This document shows, piece after piece, positions 16,757 through 26,286 of a DNA stretch of 64,000 bases (positions are counted from its first letter, which is position 1; every line of letters begins with the position of its first letter). The translations under genes were made by a program, and so were the position numbers. The stretch covers positions 7,023 through 71,022 of IMG/VR virus record IMGVR_UViG_3300049857_000028; one strand, 5' to 3'. The notes beneath the pieces are model-generated. The model was given only the letters and a program-made list of their open reading frames with translations. It made no database searches and was not told the origin of the DNA. Source of the stretch: a virus (lineage: Duplodnaviria > Caudoviricetes).

Positions 16757-19660
16757 TTGGCCCTAAATAGAGACATAATTGAAGAGATTAAACGGGCGAA
16801 TCCCATTGAAGATGTGATTCAGCAGTTTATTGATACCCACTCTCTCCCTGTAAATACTAACGGGAGTGGTATATTTACACATCACCATTTCTGGAAGGAT
16901 GACCCTAATCCGGGAACCGCTCTTTGGGTAACTCCTTCAAACCAGCTTTGGTCCTGCTTTTCGTGTAAACAAGGCGGGGATGTTATCCACCTTGTTCAAT
17001 CCTTCTTATATGGACCGGACTATGAACCTAGAAACTACGGTCAACTTGTGCAATCTTTGCACTGGTTGGCTGATCGGGTAGGAATACCTTTTGAAGCTCC
17101 TGAAGAGGAGGATACAGACCTTGCGGAACTTCGTATTTTATATTCTATCTATGGCGATTTCATTGATTATTGTGTTAAAAATTCTTTTTCAATAAATAAA
17201 GCTCAGGAAATCTATGAATTAATCGATCAAAGATATCCTTTGAATCAAGAAACTATTGAGAAATTTAGAATCTGTTATTTTGATAGGAAATGGACTCAAC
17301 CGTTTTACAATAAACTTTTAGAAAAATATACGCACGAGGAATTAATTGGATCAGGCCTATTCCAACAATATAAAGAGAATATAAACTGTATATTCCAAAA
17401 TAGGCTGATTATTCCCTACATCCAGAACGGGGATGTGGTCTATATGATTGGTAGAGAAACAGTTCACTCATCTTGGGAGGATGAAAATGGTATTAAAAAG
17501 AATTATGATGGCGGTAAAAAGTTCAAGAAATTATCAGTATATGATGAATCTAAAGTATATACTCACCACATATCGAAGCATGTTAGGAATGACTATATTT
17601 TTGGTTCAGACTTCATTAAGAAAGGACAGGACCTGCTCATTACTGAAGGGATTGGCGACTGCTTGGTCTTACTTCAAGCTGGCTACAATGCTATTAGTCC
17701 GGTCACTGTTTCCTTCAAGAACGAAATGCTCGAACCCGTTTCAAGCAAGCTTAAACGAGTAAGACAAATCTATATATGTAATGATAATGAGCTTTCTGAA
17801 GCGGGTGCTAAAGGCGCTCTCAGGATGTATGATTTCTTTCTTTCTAAGGGGATGGATGCTAAAGTGGTGGAACTTCCTTTAGAGGATGGGGAAACCCATA
17901 AAGATGTAGCTGAATACTTTCAAAAACATTCTGTAGAAGACTTTAAGGAGCTTTTGGAATCCTCAAAGTCTGCTTTAGATATGCAAATAGAAACCATTAC
18001 ACCCGCTTCACATAAATTAGATGTTCAAAAGGTTTGGGAGAAGATTCTGAATTTGGACTCCTTTGAACGGGATATGAAAGCTGAATCTCTTGCAAAGAAA
18101 CTCGGTAAACGAGTTAAAGCCCTAAAAGAGTGGTTTGGAAGTAGCGCATCTGGACCACTCACTTCTAAAATGGTTTTTGAAGCTCCGGCTAGGTTGATTC
18201 CAGCTCAAGATTTTAAACTGGATGAGTTCGGAACGAAACGAGCTTACTCATGCGTCTGGGTTCCGGTTCAAATTGATTCGTTAGGAAATGATCCAACTAT
18301 TGAGAACCATCCGCATTTAATTGAAATGGAGTATGGGGTTGAAGGTAAATTAGACAAAAAGATTATTGATTTAAACGAAACCCCGATTAATCCGTTAGAT
18401 ATGCAAAGAATCCCTGATGAAGCTCTTACTTTTGATCGGTGGAGATTAGATACGAAATACCCTTACTCAGTGGGAAATTTTATCTCAGCTAAGTCTAATT
18501 TAAAACCGGATGTAGATGCCGTATTCCATTCTCTATATGAGATTTTTGATAATTATTTTTGGTATCCTAGGGAATCGGAAAAATTAATTCAAACACTATA
18601 TATTATGCTTTCATATTTCTATCAAATGTTTTCCGCTGTTCCCGGTTTGCATATGACGGGACCTAAAGATTCTGGTAAAACAAATGCAATGAAGATAGCC
18701 CTTTGGACTGCTTTTAACGCTTTTAAAGTGGTGTCTGTTAAAGAATCTTTCTTGTTCAGAACGGCTCATGCTACTTCAGGGGTTTTTATCGTAGATGAAG
18801 CCGAAAAATTAACTGGAGAAGAGAAAATTGGTAATTGGGATGATGTAATGACTCTCCTTCGGGCTAGATACAAGCAAGGGGATTGTGTCCCACGTCAACA
18901 TAAAGATCCAGAGGGTAAATTCATCACAATTATGTACGACACATATGGGCCTACTTATGTAGGTTCTATTTCCCATTTAGAAGATGCATTAGCATCTCGT
19001 ATGATTATTATTGAATGTTTAACTAAAGATGATTTGTCTGATTTGAAGAATTTCACAAATGATGAGTGGGAGATTCAAGTTAAGTGCGCCGACATCAAAG
19101 ATAAAATGTATACTTTAATGATGCTGGATTTCCCTAGGGTAATGGCTGCTCATGAGATAATTAAAAAAGATCCTAGAGTTCAAAAGATTAGAAATAGAGA
19201 GTGGGAGAAATGGAGACCACTCTTAACCATTGCTCAATGGATTGATATGAGTGCTAAGCATACGAATAAAAAGCTTGTTGATCAGCTTATCGAAATTCAA
19301 GAATATAAACAGCAACTGCGTAAAAATGCTGAATCCTCAAATAATAAAGAACTTATTCTGCTTGAGATTATGCTTGATATCCTTGTGAATCGAGAAGGCT
19401 CTTCTCATAATTTCAAGGTTTTAGATATTGGGGATGGAAATCAATCGGTTGCTGCCGATCAATTCTATAATAAGATTAACGAGAAACTTAGAGCCATGTC
19501 TATTCAAAGACAATTTGATATGCAATCTAAATCCCTGTTTGATAATGCCTTAAGGAAGAACCAAATCTGGCAAGTTGGGGATGGAAAAATTGAAAAAGGA
19601 CGTATCATTATAAATACTATTAGATTAGAAGAAGCAATTAATAGGTTGAAATTAGGATGA
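16757..19660 (+). CDS. DnaG-type primase fused to a P-loop helicase/ATPase domain
   Basis: Zn-binding WSCFSC...GGDVI, RLIIP, Toprim TEGIGD and DND, P-loop GPKDSGKT, Walker B IVDEAE. Confidence 0.9.
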   Translation: MALNRDIIEEIKRANPIEDVIQQFIDTHSLPVNTNGSGIFTHHHFWKDDPNPGTALWVTPSNQLWSCFSCKQGGDVIHLVQSFLYGPDYEPRNYGQLVQSLHWLADRVGIPFEAPEEEDTDLAELRILYSIYGDFIDYCVKNSFSINKAQEIYELIDQRYPLNQETIEKFRICYFDRKWTQPFYNKLLEKYTHEELIGSGLFQQYKENINCIFQNRLIIPYIQNGDVVYMIGRETVHSSWEDENGIKKNYDGGKKFKKLSVYDESKVYTHHISKHVRNDYIFGSDFIKKGQDLLITEGIGDCLVLLQAGYNAISPVTVSFKNEMLEPVSSKLKRVRQIYICNDNELSEAGAKGALRMYDFFLSKGMDAKVVELPLEDGETHKDVAEYFQKHSVEDFKELLESSKSALDMQIETITPASHKLDVQKVWEKILNLDSFERDMKAESLAKKLGKRVKALKEWFGSSASGPLTSKMVFEAPARLIPAQDFKLDEFGTKRAYSCVWVPVQIDSLGNDPTIENHPHLIEMEYGVEGKLDKKIIDLNETPINPLDMQRIPDEALTFDRWRLDTKYPYSVGNFISAKSNLKPDVDAVFHSLYEIFDNYFWYPRESEKLIQTLYIMLSYFYQMFSAVPGLHMTGPKDSGKTNAMKIALWTAFNAFKVVSVKESFLFRTAHATSGVFIVDEAEKLTGEEKIGNWDDVMTLLRARYKQGDCVPRQHKDPEGKFITIMYDTYGPTYVGSISHLEDALASRMIIIECLTKDDLSDLKNFTNDEWEIQVKCADIKDKMYTLMMLDFPRVMAAHEIIKKDPRVQKIRNREWEKWRPLLTIAQWIDMSAKHTNKKLVDQLIEIQEYKQQLRKNAESSNNKELILLEIMLDILVNREGSSHNFKVLDIGDGNQSVAADQFYNKINEKLRAMSIQRQFDMQSKSLFDNALRKNQIWQVGDGKIEKGRIIINTIRLEEAINRLKLG

Positions 19661-19814
19661 TAAAAAGATTTAAAAGTATTATAAAAAATGAATTTTACTG
19701 GTTTTTAAGTTGTTTATTTGTGGACATATCTGAATATACTAATAAATTAGCTTTGAGATTTGATAATCAAATATCTAATCATTATTTTGATTTTATTGAT
19801 AAAGAGGAGGAATA

Positions 19815-22013
19815 ATGTTTCTATCGGATTCCTTTATAGATGAGTATAAAAATAAAGAAGTTCCCTTTGGGCCTTTAGGGTATGTTACATATAAACGAAC
19901 TTATGCTAGACCTGTTGAAGGTGAAAATAGAACTGAAGAATGGTATGAAACTTGCCGTCGAGTTATTGAAGGTAATCTTTTACTTGAAGTCAATCAAACT
20001 AAAGAATTAAATATCCCTTGTAGGCTTACAAAAAGTGAAGCTGAAATAATGTATGATGATATGTTTCATATGAGATGGCTTCCTCCGGGTAGAGGTCTTT
20101 GGTGCTCCGGTACAGGGATTGGGTTTGAGAATGGAGCGGCTTTGACGAACTGCTATTTCGTAGAAATCAAACCGGTGAATGGTAAAATTTCCTACCCATT
20201 CCAATTCGCTATGGATATGCTGATGCTTGGAGCTGGGGTAGGTTTCTCTGTAGCAAATGATTTAGTTTCTAAAATATCAAAAGTAATGAATAAAGTTAAC
20301 CTATATGTTGTTTGCGATCCTACCCATAGGGATTTTAATTATCTCAATGTGGATGAGATGCCTAGAGGAACCAAGCAATATATTGAAGTATGGGATTCGA
20401 GAGAGGGTTGGGTCTATGCTTTGAAAAAGGTGATAGATTCGGCCTTCCTCTCTAAAACCAAGAATCCTAAGACACTGGTGATTGATGTTTCTTTGGTACG
20501 GCCTACTGGAGAATCTATTAAATCATTTGGGGGTAAAGCTTCTGGCCCTGCTCCGCTGGTTGAAATGCTAAGATTCATCAACAAATTGTTGAATAGTCGG
20601 GTTGACTCTAAACTTTCAGATGTTGATTGTACGGATATTATGAACGTTATTGGCCGATGTGTAGTAGCTGGTAATGTTAGACGTTCGGCCATGCTAGCTT
20701 TAGGGGACGCTTCTTCAGAAGCCTTTAGAACAATGAAAACTTATGACCATGAAGCGGTTGACAAGTTAAACAATTTCATTCAAAATGATCTGAGATCTCT
20801 GAGAAAGCTAACGGATACTGAATTTGAGGCTCTTTACAATGAAAAGAGTAAATCAGAGATGGTTAATCACCATCGTTGGGCAAGCAATAATTCTATTCTT
20901 ATTACTGATGATTTTGATAGTAGTCTTATTGTAGACTCTATAATTAAAAATGGTGAACCGGGATTTCTAAACCTCAATCTAATTCAGAATTTTGGTAGGT
21001 TAGTTGATGGGGGAGATAAGGTAGATGTTGCTACAGGAACTAACCCTTGTGGGGAAGTTTCATTAGAATCTTATGAGCCATGCAATCTATCTGAAATTTT
21101 CCCATCAAATTGCTCTAGTTGGTCCGAAATTCTACGAGTAGCCGAGTGGGCTTACAAATACTCTAAACGAGTTACTTTGAGTAGCTATGGATGGGAAGAA
21201 ACTCGTCGAATTGTTGAAAAGAATCGTCGTATTGGAGTATCTCTTTCTGGTATTCAAGATTGGGTATTTGAAATGAAGGATGAGAATAATTATGCATTCG
21301 AAACCTTTGAGGAACATTTTAGTAATCTGCTGGATGAACTCTATATTCATATCTCTGTTATGGATTCTTTGTATTCAGAATATCTTCAAATCAATGAATC
21401 TATTAAACTAACAACAGTTAAGCCTAGTGGAACAATTTCTCTGCTTGCTGGGGTATCCCAAGGGATGCATTGGCCTTATGCACCTTACTATATTCGCTCA
21501 ATCCAGTTTCAAGAGAATGATCCGATGGTGAAATATTGTGAGTCACTAGGCTTTAGAACTAGACCTTCGGTTCAAACCCCAAAGGCTATTCTAGTAGAAT
21601 TTCCTATTAAAGATCCTAATGCTGAAAACTCTAAGTTTAAATCTGCTGGGGATGTTTCCGCAAAGGATCAACTAGAATTTCAGTTTCTTTTGCAGCAAAA
21701 CTGGTCTGATAATCAAGTATCATGTACCGTGTCATTTAATGAATCTGAACATGGGGAACTGCCTGAGTTGATAAATGAATATTCAAAGAAGCTCAAATCA
21801 ACCTCCATGCTTCCTTATTTTGACTTAGGGAGACAAGGTTCCGATATCAAAAAGTATTATCCTGATCTTCCTATGGAGCCTATTTCAGCTAAAGAATATG
21901 AGAAGCGTATTACAGAGATCAAAGAATGGCCTAAACGTTTGGTTGAAGATGGTGATAATTTTGAAGTATTAAATAATGAAGAATGCAAAGGTGGAATATG
22001 CCCGATAAAGTAA
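19815..22013 (+). CDS. nrdJ: Class II (adenosylcobalamin-dependent) ribonucleotide reductase, monomeric RTPR type
   Basis: LPPGRGLW, ALTNCYF, VAGNVRRSA, TNPCGE, TTVKPSGT, C-terminal CKGGICPIK. Confidence 0.95.
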   Translation: MFLSDSFIDEYKNKEVPFGPLGYVTYKRTYARPVEGENRTEEWYETCRRVIEGNLLLEVNQTKELNIPCRLTKSEAEIMYDDMFHMRWLPPGRGLWCSGTGIGFENGAALTNCYFVEIKPVNGKISYPFQFAMDMLMLGAGVGFSVANDLVSKISKVMNKVNLYVVCDPTHRDFNYLNVDEMPRGTKQYIEVWDSREGWVYALKKVIDSAFLSKTKNPKTLVIDVSLVRPTGESIKSFGGKASGPAPLVEMLRFINKLLNSRVDSKLSDVDCTDIMNVIGRCVVAGNVRRSAMLALGDASSEAFRTMKTYDHEAVDKLNNFIQNDLRSLRKLTDTEFEALYNEKSKSEMVNHHRWASNNSILITDDFDSSLIVDSIIKNGEPGFLNLNLIQNFGRLVDGGDKVDVATGTNPCGEVSLESYEPCNLSEIFPSNCSSWSEILRVAEWAYKYSKRVTLSSYGWEETRRIVEKNRRIGVSLSGIQDWVFEMKDENNYAFETFEEHFSNLLDELYIHISVMDSLYSEYLQINESIKLTTVKPSGTISLLAGVSQGMHWPYAPYYIRSIQFQENDPMVKYCESLGFRTRPSVQTPKAILVEFPIKDPNAENSKFKSAGDVSAKDQLEFQFLLQQNWSDNQVSCTVSFNESEHGELPELINEYSKKLKSTSMLPYFDLGRQGSDIKKYYPDLPMEPISAKEYEKRITEIKEWPKRLVEDGDNFEVLNNEECKGGICPIK

Positions 22014-22534
22014 AAAAATATTATACTTGTACCGGGGATAACGGTACTACTTTATTAAACGGTAATCGTGTAGGAAAAGATAATAAAGAGATTGAACTAA
22101 TCGGGGATATTGACGAGTTGAGTGCTAATATTGGTATGTGTATTATTACCTTAGCTTCGGCTCATAGGGAAAATGCGGAATATGAGATTATTAGATTGCA
22201 ACATATTAGAAAAATATTGTATGAAATCTCGTCAAGAATATATGAGGGCAATTTAGTAGTATCCACTCATTATGTTGATTATGTAGAGAAGACTATAGAA
22301 TTTATCAGTTACCATAGATTAACTGAGTTTAAAATAGATAATTTTCTTACTTTTGATGATTCTTTTAGTTCTGCCCAACTAAATATCGCAAGAACAGTCT
22401 GTAGAAGAACTGAACGTAGCTTTGTAAAAGTATTTCCATTTTATGCTACAAATGCTTTCTTCAACCGGTTAAGCTCCCTTCTCTTCGTTATGGCAGTAGC
22501 TTTCTCCCCAAATAAAGAGACTTTTAAAGTATAA
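21998..22534 (+). CDS. pduO: PduO-type ATP:cob(I)alamin adenosyltransferase
   Basis: YTCTGDNGTT...GNRVGKD...GDIDELSANIG, ARTVCRRTER, NRLSSLLF. Confidence 0.85.
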   Translation: MPDKVKKYYTCTGDNGTTLLNGNRVGKDNKEIELIGDIDELSANIGMCIITLASAHRENAEYEIIRLQHIRKILYEISSRIYEGNLVVSTHYVDYVEKTIEFISYHRLTEFKIDNFLTFDDSFSSAQLNIARTVCRRTERSFVKVFPFYATNAFFNRLSSLLFVMAVAFSPNKETFKV

Positions 22535-22567
22535 TAAAGAAGTAGTAATCCCTCGTAAGGAGGCATT

Positions 22568-22789
22568 ATGTACTTACTGATTTGTAGAACCAGTAACTCC
22601 AAACCGCAAGATGATAACATCATCGGAACTTTCGACAATCTCACTGTGGCAATGGACGCCTTATCTAAAGAGTGTAAGGAAAAGAAAGAGTATCTCCTAT
22701 TTCAAGGGGATGAATTAGCTATTTTTCAAAGGGATCAGGAGCGGTGGACTATTGAAATATGGTCAAAATCCGTGTATTATGATAGGTAA
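22568..22789 (+). CDS. Hypothetical protein
   Basis: 73-aa ORF with AAGGAGG RBS. Confidence 0.6.
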   Translation: MYLLICRTSNSKPQDDNIIGTFDNLTVAMDALSKECKEKKEYLLFQGDELAIFQRDQERWTIEIWSKSVYYDR

Positions 22790-22872
22790 GTACTTGCTCC
22801 TGAGCGGGTTGGAACTTGCCGATATTGAAAACCCACTAAACGCCTCAGGAGCTTTTCTTTTGGGAGAATGAT

Positions 22873-23184
22873 ATGAAAAAATTTGCCGATCTTCTTGCCG
22901 ATCTTTTAACCAATTTTGTAGGTAGTTGGTACTTCATAAGTCTCTTTTTTGGGGCGATGTTTAGTTGGATACTCTTAAATTCTTTCGTTATATCTATTGA
23001 TCCTTTCCCTTTCATTCTTTTAAATTTGGTTCTGTCTACTCTGGCCGCTGTTCAGGGCTCTATCATTATGATGAGCCAGAAACGCCAAGAGGTTAAGGAC
23101 CGCCAAAGGCAGGTTGAAATCCACCGTTTAGTAAAGAATTGTGAAGAATTCGTGCAAAAGATTGACAAGCATACCGGGGAATGA
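22873..23184 (+). CDS. DUF1003-family membrane protein
   Basis: VGSW...DPFPFILLNLVLSTLAAVQGSIIMMSQKRQ. Confidence 0.85.
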   Translation: MKKFADLLADLLTNFVGSWYFISLFFGAMFSWILLNSFVISIDPFPFILLNLVLSTLAAVQGSIIMMSQKRQEVKDRQRQVEIHRLVKNCEEFVQKIDKHTGE

Positions 23185-23190
23185 TAAGAT
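23162..23190 (+). promoter_or_regulatory. Sigma70-type promoter with extended -10
   Basis: TTGACA-N17-TAAGAT preceded by TGn. Confidence 0.7.
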
Positions 23191-23196
23191 AGGTAT

Positions 23197-23540
23197 ATAC
23201 ATTGTTCTTTGACATTTTAAGTCCCTTAGAAAATACCCTCCCCATCTACTTACTATCAGGATAATAGTAACAGCCGGGTGTTTGGGAAGTCCTGTTCTTT
23301 AACATTGAGGGTATCTTCTAAGAGACTTAACCGGCACAAACAGATTAGCTAACTCTTTGTGAGTAGGCGGCTGAATAGTCTCCTGCGCCCGGTTGCCTTT
23401 AGGGAGAAAGCCCTCCAAAAAATATACTGTTAGCTGAAATTTCAGCATTTGCGGATGTTTCAAGACGGTATACGCCAATGTTAATTAAAACCTAACGGAC
23501 GGTAAAGTAGGCTTGACACGGTGAGAGCACCGACCTTTTA
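23197..23540 (+). ncRNA. Candidate structured RNA or long regulatory leader, family unrecognised
   Basis: No substantial ORF seen; a 22-bp inverted repeat, several nested hairpins and a terminal hairpin plus TTTT downstream of a consensus promoter. Confidence 0.45.
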
Positions 23541-23560
23541 TTAATAAATGGAGACAAAAA

Positions 23561-23710
23561 ATGACAAACGTACTTAAAAATGTAGGGAAAACAGTAGCCG
23601 CTCACGGCGTCTCACTTACTCTTTACAATAAACTTGTACGCAAACTCAATAAAGAAGGACGAACAATTACGGAATTTATCCAAACCTCTATCCGTAATTT
23701 CGTCAAATAG
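23561..23710 (+). CDS. Small ribbon-helix-helix-like DNA-binding protein (49 aa)
   Basis: Hand-translated MTNVLKNVGKTVAAHGVSLTLYNKLVRKLNKEGRTITEFIQTSIRNFVK; GGAG RBS. Confidence 0.55.
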   Translation: MTNVLKNVGKTVAAHGVSLTLYNKLVRKLNKEGRTITEFIQTSIRNFVK

Positions 23711-23739
23711 ATTCCTTATTGGTTATTAACAACGATTCT

Positions 23740-23771
23740 AAGCCCTAGAAATAGGGCTTTCTTTTTTTTTG
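23740..23771 (+). terminator. Rho-independent terminator
   Basis: AAGCCCTA-gaaa-TAGGGCTT followed by a long T run. Confidence 0.9.
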
Positions 23772-23792
23772 TAACAAATGTATTACAATTTA

Positions 23793-23821
23793 TTGACTTG
23801 ACCTAGGAAGTGATATATACT
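23793..23821 (+). promoter_or_regulatory. Sigma70-type promoter
   Basis: TTGACT-N17-TATACT. Confidence 0.65.
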
Positions 23822-23827
23822 TATACT

Positions 23828-24388
23828 ATGGAGACTAATTTATCAAAACAAGATTTGACTGGTAAGATCTTTAAGCAACGAAAGCTTACAGATTTTGATT
23901 TTCATAGAGCCACTTGTGTCGAAACAAATTTCTATAATACTTATCTCTTTAATACTAATTTTTACCATTCAAATTGTTTGAAAGCTTCTTTCATGAATAG
24001 TTATATCGAAAATTCAGATTTTATAAAAGCTGATCTTAGAAATACAAACCTTGAAAATTGCTTTCTGTATAACGTAGATTTTCGAGGTGCTGATTTACGA
24101 AATGCGAATCTTAAAAATGCAAAGATTAAATTAGGGACCGATTTCAGAGGTGCTGACTTGAGAGGGGCTGATCTAACCGGAACAGGTTTAGTTATCTTTC
24201 AAGCGGATAATCAAACGATAATCCTAAGCGATGATACGCTTTCAATTCCGTGTAAACAATACTCTCACCCTGACTGGACAGAATTTGATCAAGATAGAAT
24301 CGAGTCCGAAGTTCCCGATCAAGTTAAGTGGTGGAATAAGAACGGCTCTATTGTTAAGATGCTTTATGGAGCTTTGCACAATGCTTAA
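23828..24388 (+). CDS. Divergent pentapeptide repeat protein
   Basis: ADLRN, TNLEN, VDFRG, ADLRG, ADLTG repeats; ATG 23828 preferred over GTG 23810. Confidence 0.8.
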   Translation: METNLSKQDLTGKIFKQRKLTDFDFHRATCVETNFYNTYLFNTNFYHSNCLKASFMNSYIENSDFIKADLRNTNLENCFLYNVDFRGADLRNANLKNAKIKLGTDFRGADLRGADLTGTGLVIFQADNQTIILSDDTLSIPCKQYSHPDWTEFDQDRIESEVPDQVKWWNKNGSIVKMLYGALHNA

Positions 24389-24590
24389 GGATATTAATTA
24401 TGAGAAATTCTATGTCGTATCAGATACTGACTTATCCTGCATCCTGTTTCACGGGAAGAATTTGGAAGAAGCCAAGCAACACAGAGAAGCCTGTAAAATT
24501 CTATTTCCAGACAGGCAGATTGTTATCTTTGAAAGAAATGATCTTCACAATTGGGAAGGTAAATTCTACGCCAAAGAAGGTGTAATGTGA
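24381..24590 (+). CDS. Hypothetical protein
   Basis: GGAG RBS before ATG 24381 within ORF 24231-24590. Confidence 0.5.
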   Translation: MLKDINYEKFYVVSDTDLSCILFHGKNLEEAKQHREACKILFPDRQIVIFERNDLHNWEGKFYAKEGVM

Positions 24591-24784
24591 CACAAGAGAA
24601 TCCTAAATCCTTATGTGCCTTAGAAGCTAGAGTAGAATCACTTCAGCTTCAATTAGCCGAATGCATGAGTATTCTGGATTCAGTTATAGCAGAAGTTCAA
24701 CTCTTTGCGGAGAATCAAACTCTTTACAATGAGATTACTACTAGAACGGTTCAAGATCTTATAGATTTTAAGGAGAGGTACTAA
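24587..24784 (+). CDS. Hypothetical coiled-coil protein
   Basis: 65-aa ORF. Confidence 0.55.
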   Translation: MTQENPKSLCALEARVESLQLQLAECMSILDSVIAEVQLFAENQTLYNEITTRTVQDLIDFKERY

Positions 24785-25188
24785 TGTGTGATTCTGCTAC
24801 ATATAAGATAGAAGACGTTTCCTATGAAGTAAGCAAAAATACTTTTTATGAAAATGTATCTAACATCATTCAAAATATTAAATATAAATCAAATATGGTT
24901 TTTAAATTAAATAGGAAAAAAAATAATGTTGAATTTAAAATGTATACAAAATGTATAGTTACGAATAGACGAGGTTCGTTTACCTTTGATTTTAGTTTAA
25001 CAGAATGTAGGTATTATTCTATAGAGGATCTAACTGAATATGTTTTAAATTCAGTATTAAAAGGTATTGCTATGATTGAATTACATGAAATGATAGAACA
25101 CTTCAAATTTAAAGGAAACCATTTTATTGATCCCCACCCTCTAGGCCCTGAACCTCATTGGGATATTAAGGAGATACTTTATGCTTAA
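24784..25188 (+). CDS. Hypothetical protein
   Basis: 134-aa ORF with ELHEMIEHF...FIDPHP. Confidence 0.6.
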   Translation: MCDSATYKIEDVSYEVSKNTFYENVSNIIQNIKYKSNMVFKLNRKKNNVEFKMYTKCIVTNRRGSFTFDFSLTECRYYSIEDLTEYVLNSVLKGIAMIELHEMIEHFKFKGNHFIDPHPLGPEPHWDIKEILYA

Positions 25189-25765
25189 ACCAAAGAAAAA
25201 TAAATTCATGTTCCACATTTTAGTAGATATGGATGAGGTTACTTGTGATCTTCATTCTGAATGGGTGAAATGGATAAATGAGAATGGAGATCCAGATTTA
25301 AAAGCGGAAGATGTTAAATCTTGGAACTTTGATCAATACACTTCAATTGGAAAGAAATGCTATGAATTCCTTGCAATTCCCGGTGTATTCCTAGACCTGA
25401 AACCAAAACAAAACGCTTTACAGGTCATAGAGAGGCTTCGAAAAATGGGCCATACCATTCAATTTTGCACATCTCCTCCTATAAATAGTCCTACGGCTAA
25501 AGAAGAGAAAACCGAATGGCTTAAACACCATTTCAAATGGTTTAACCCTGAAACTGACGTTATCTTCTCCCATGATAAAAGTGATGAGGAAGGGGATATC
25601 CTTTTTGATGATAGAGCCAAATGGTGCTACGAATTCCCCGGCGTTGGGGTCTGTATGGATGCTCCACATAACCAAGGTTATGAAGGTTTCCGGGTTACAA
25701 ATTGGCTGGAGTTTGAATCCCTCATTAAGCACTTTACTAAATATCTCGATTTGGAGAATATGTAA
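25181..25765 (+). CDS. 5'(3')-deoxyribonucleotidase (HAD, NT5C type)
   Basis: LVDMDEVTCD, CTSPP, EKTEWL, DILFDD. Confidence 0.9.
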   Translation: MLKPKKNKFMFHILVDMDEVTCDLHSEWVKWINENGDPDLKAEDVKSWNFDQYTSIGKKCYEFLAIPGVFLDLKPKQNALQVIERLRKMGHTIQFCTSPPINSPTAKEEKTEWLKHHFKWFNPETDVIFSHDKSDEEGDILFDDRAKWCYEFPGVGVCMDAPHNQGYEGFRVTNWLEFESLIKHFTKYLDLENM

Positions 25766-25987
25766 ATGTTTAGATTTATAGATTTTCTATCTCGTATAGT
25801 CTTAGTTTTACGAAGTATACCTTATACTTTGTCAAATTTATCAGATAAATTTTTGTGCTTATATTTAGGTCATAAATGGCGAACCATAAGTTTATTTACT
25901 CATCATACTTATCTTGAATGTAGGTATTGTCGAGTTAGACAACTTCTTACGTTGGAAGAGGCAAAGGCGAAAGGGATTAAATGTTAA
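25766..25987 (+). CDS. Hypothetical protein
   Basis: 73 aa with C-x3-GHKW...CRYC pattern. Confidence 0.5.
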   Translation: MFRFIDFLSRIVLVLRSIPYTLSNLSDKFLCLYLGHKWRTISLFTHHTYLECRYCRVRQLLTLEEAKAKGIKC

Positions 25988-26286
25988 AACAGATTAAGCA
26001 TAATTTTTTAGGCCCTTTAACACATGGGCAATGCCGTATGGTAAATAAAATATTTAGAAAAATTAAAAGAAAATCAAGGTATAAGAATTTTGAGATTAGA
26101 TTAGTAATAGAACCTCATCATTATCTTTTTAGTAATTCTGTTACTATTTTATTTAAAGGTATTATCTTCAATAAAGATAAAACAGAATATATAATAGGTA
26201 AGAAACCTGAATGCTGGAAATATATAACTTGGTATGATGATTTAAGCCGTAAAAATACCCGCATCAACAGGGTCTTTGCCCACTAG
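25981..26286 (+). CDS. Hypothetical basic protein
   Basis: 101 aa; last + strand gene, 3' overlap with the convergent structural operon. Confidence 0.5.
   Translation: MLKQIKHNFLGPLTHGQCRMVNKIFRKIKRKSRYKNFEIRLVIEPHHYLFSNSVTILFKGIIFNKDKTEYIIGKKPECWKYITWYDDLSRKNTRINRVFAH

Noticed and set aside
23197-23540. Cobalamin riboswitch, tmRNA, RNase P, retron msr-msd or group I intron
   Set aside because: No B12 box, no tRNA-like ends, no P4 signature and no RT. The P3/P7-like pairings have wrong joiner lengths and the region is not inside a gene.
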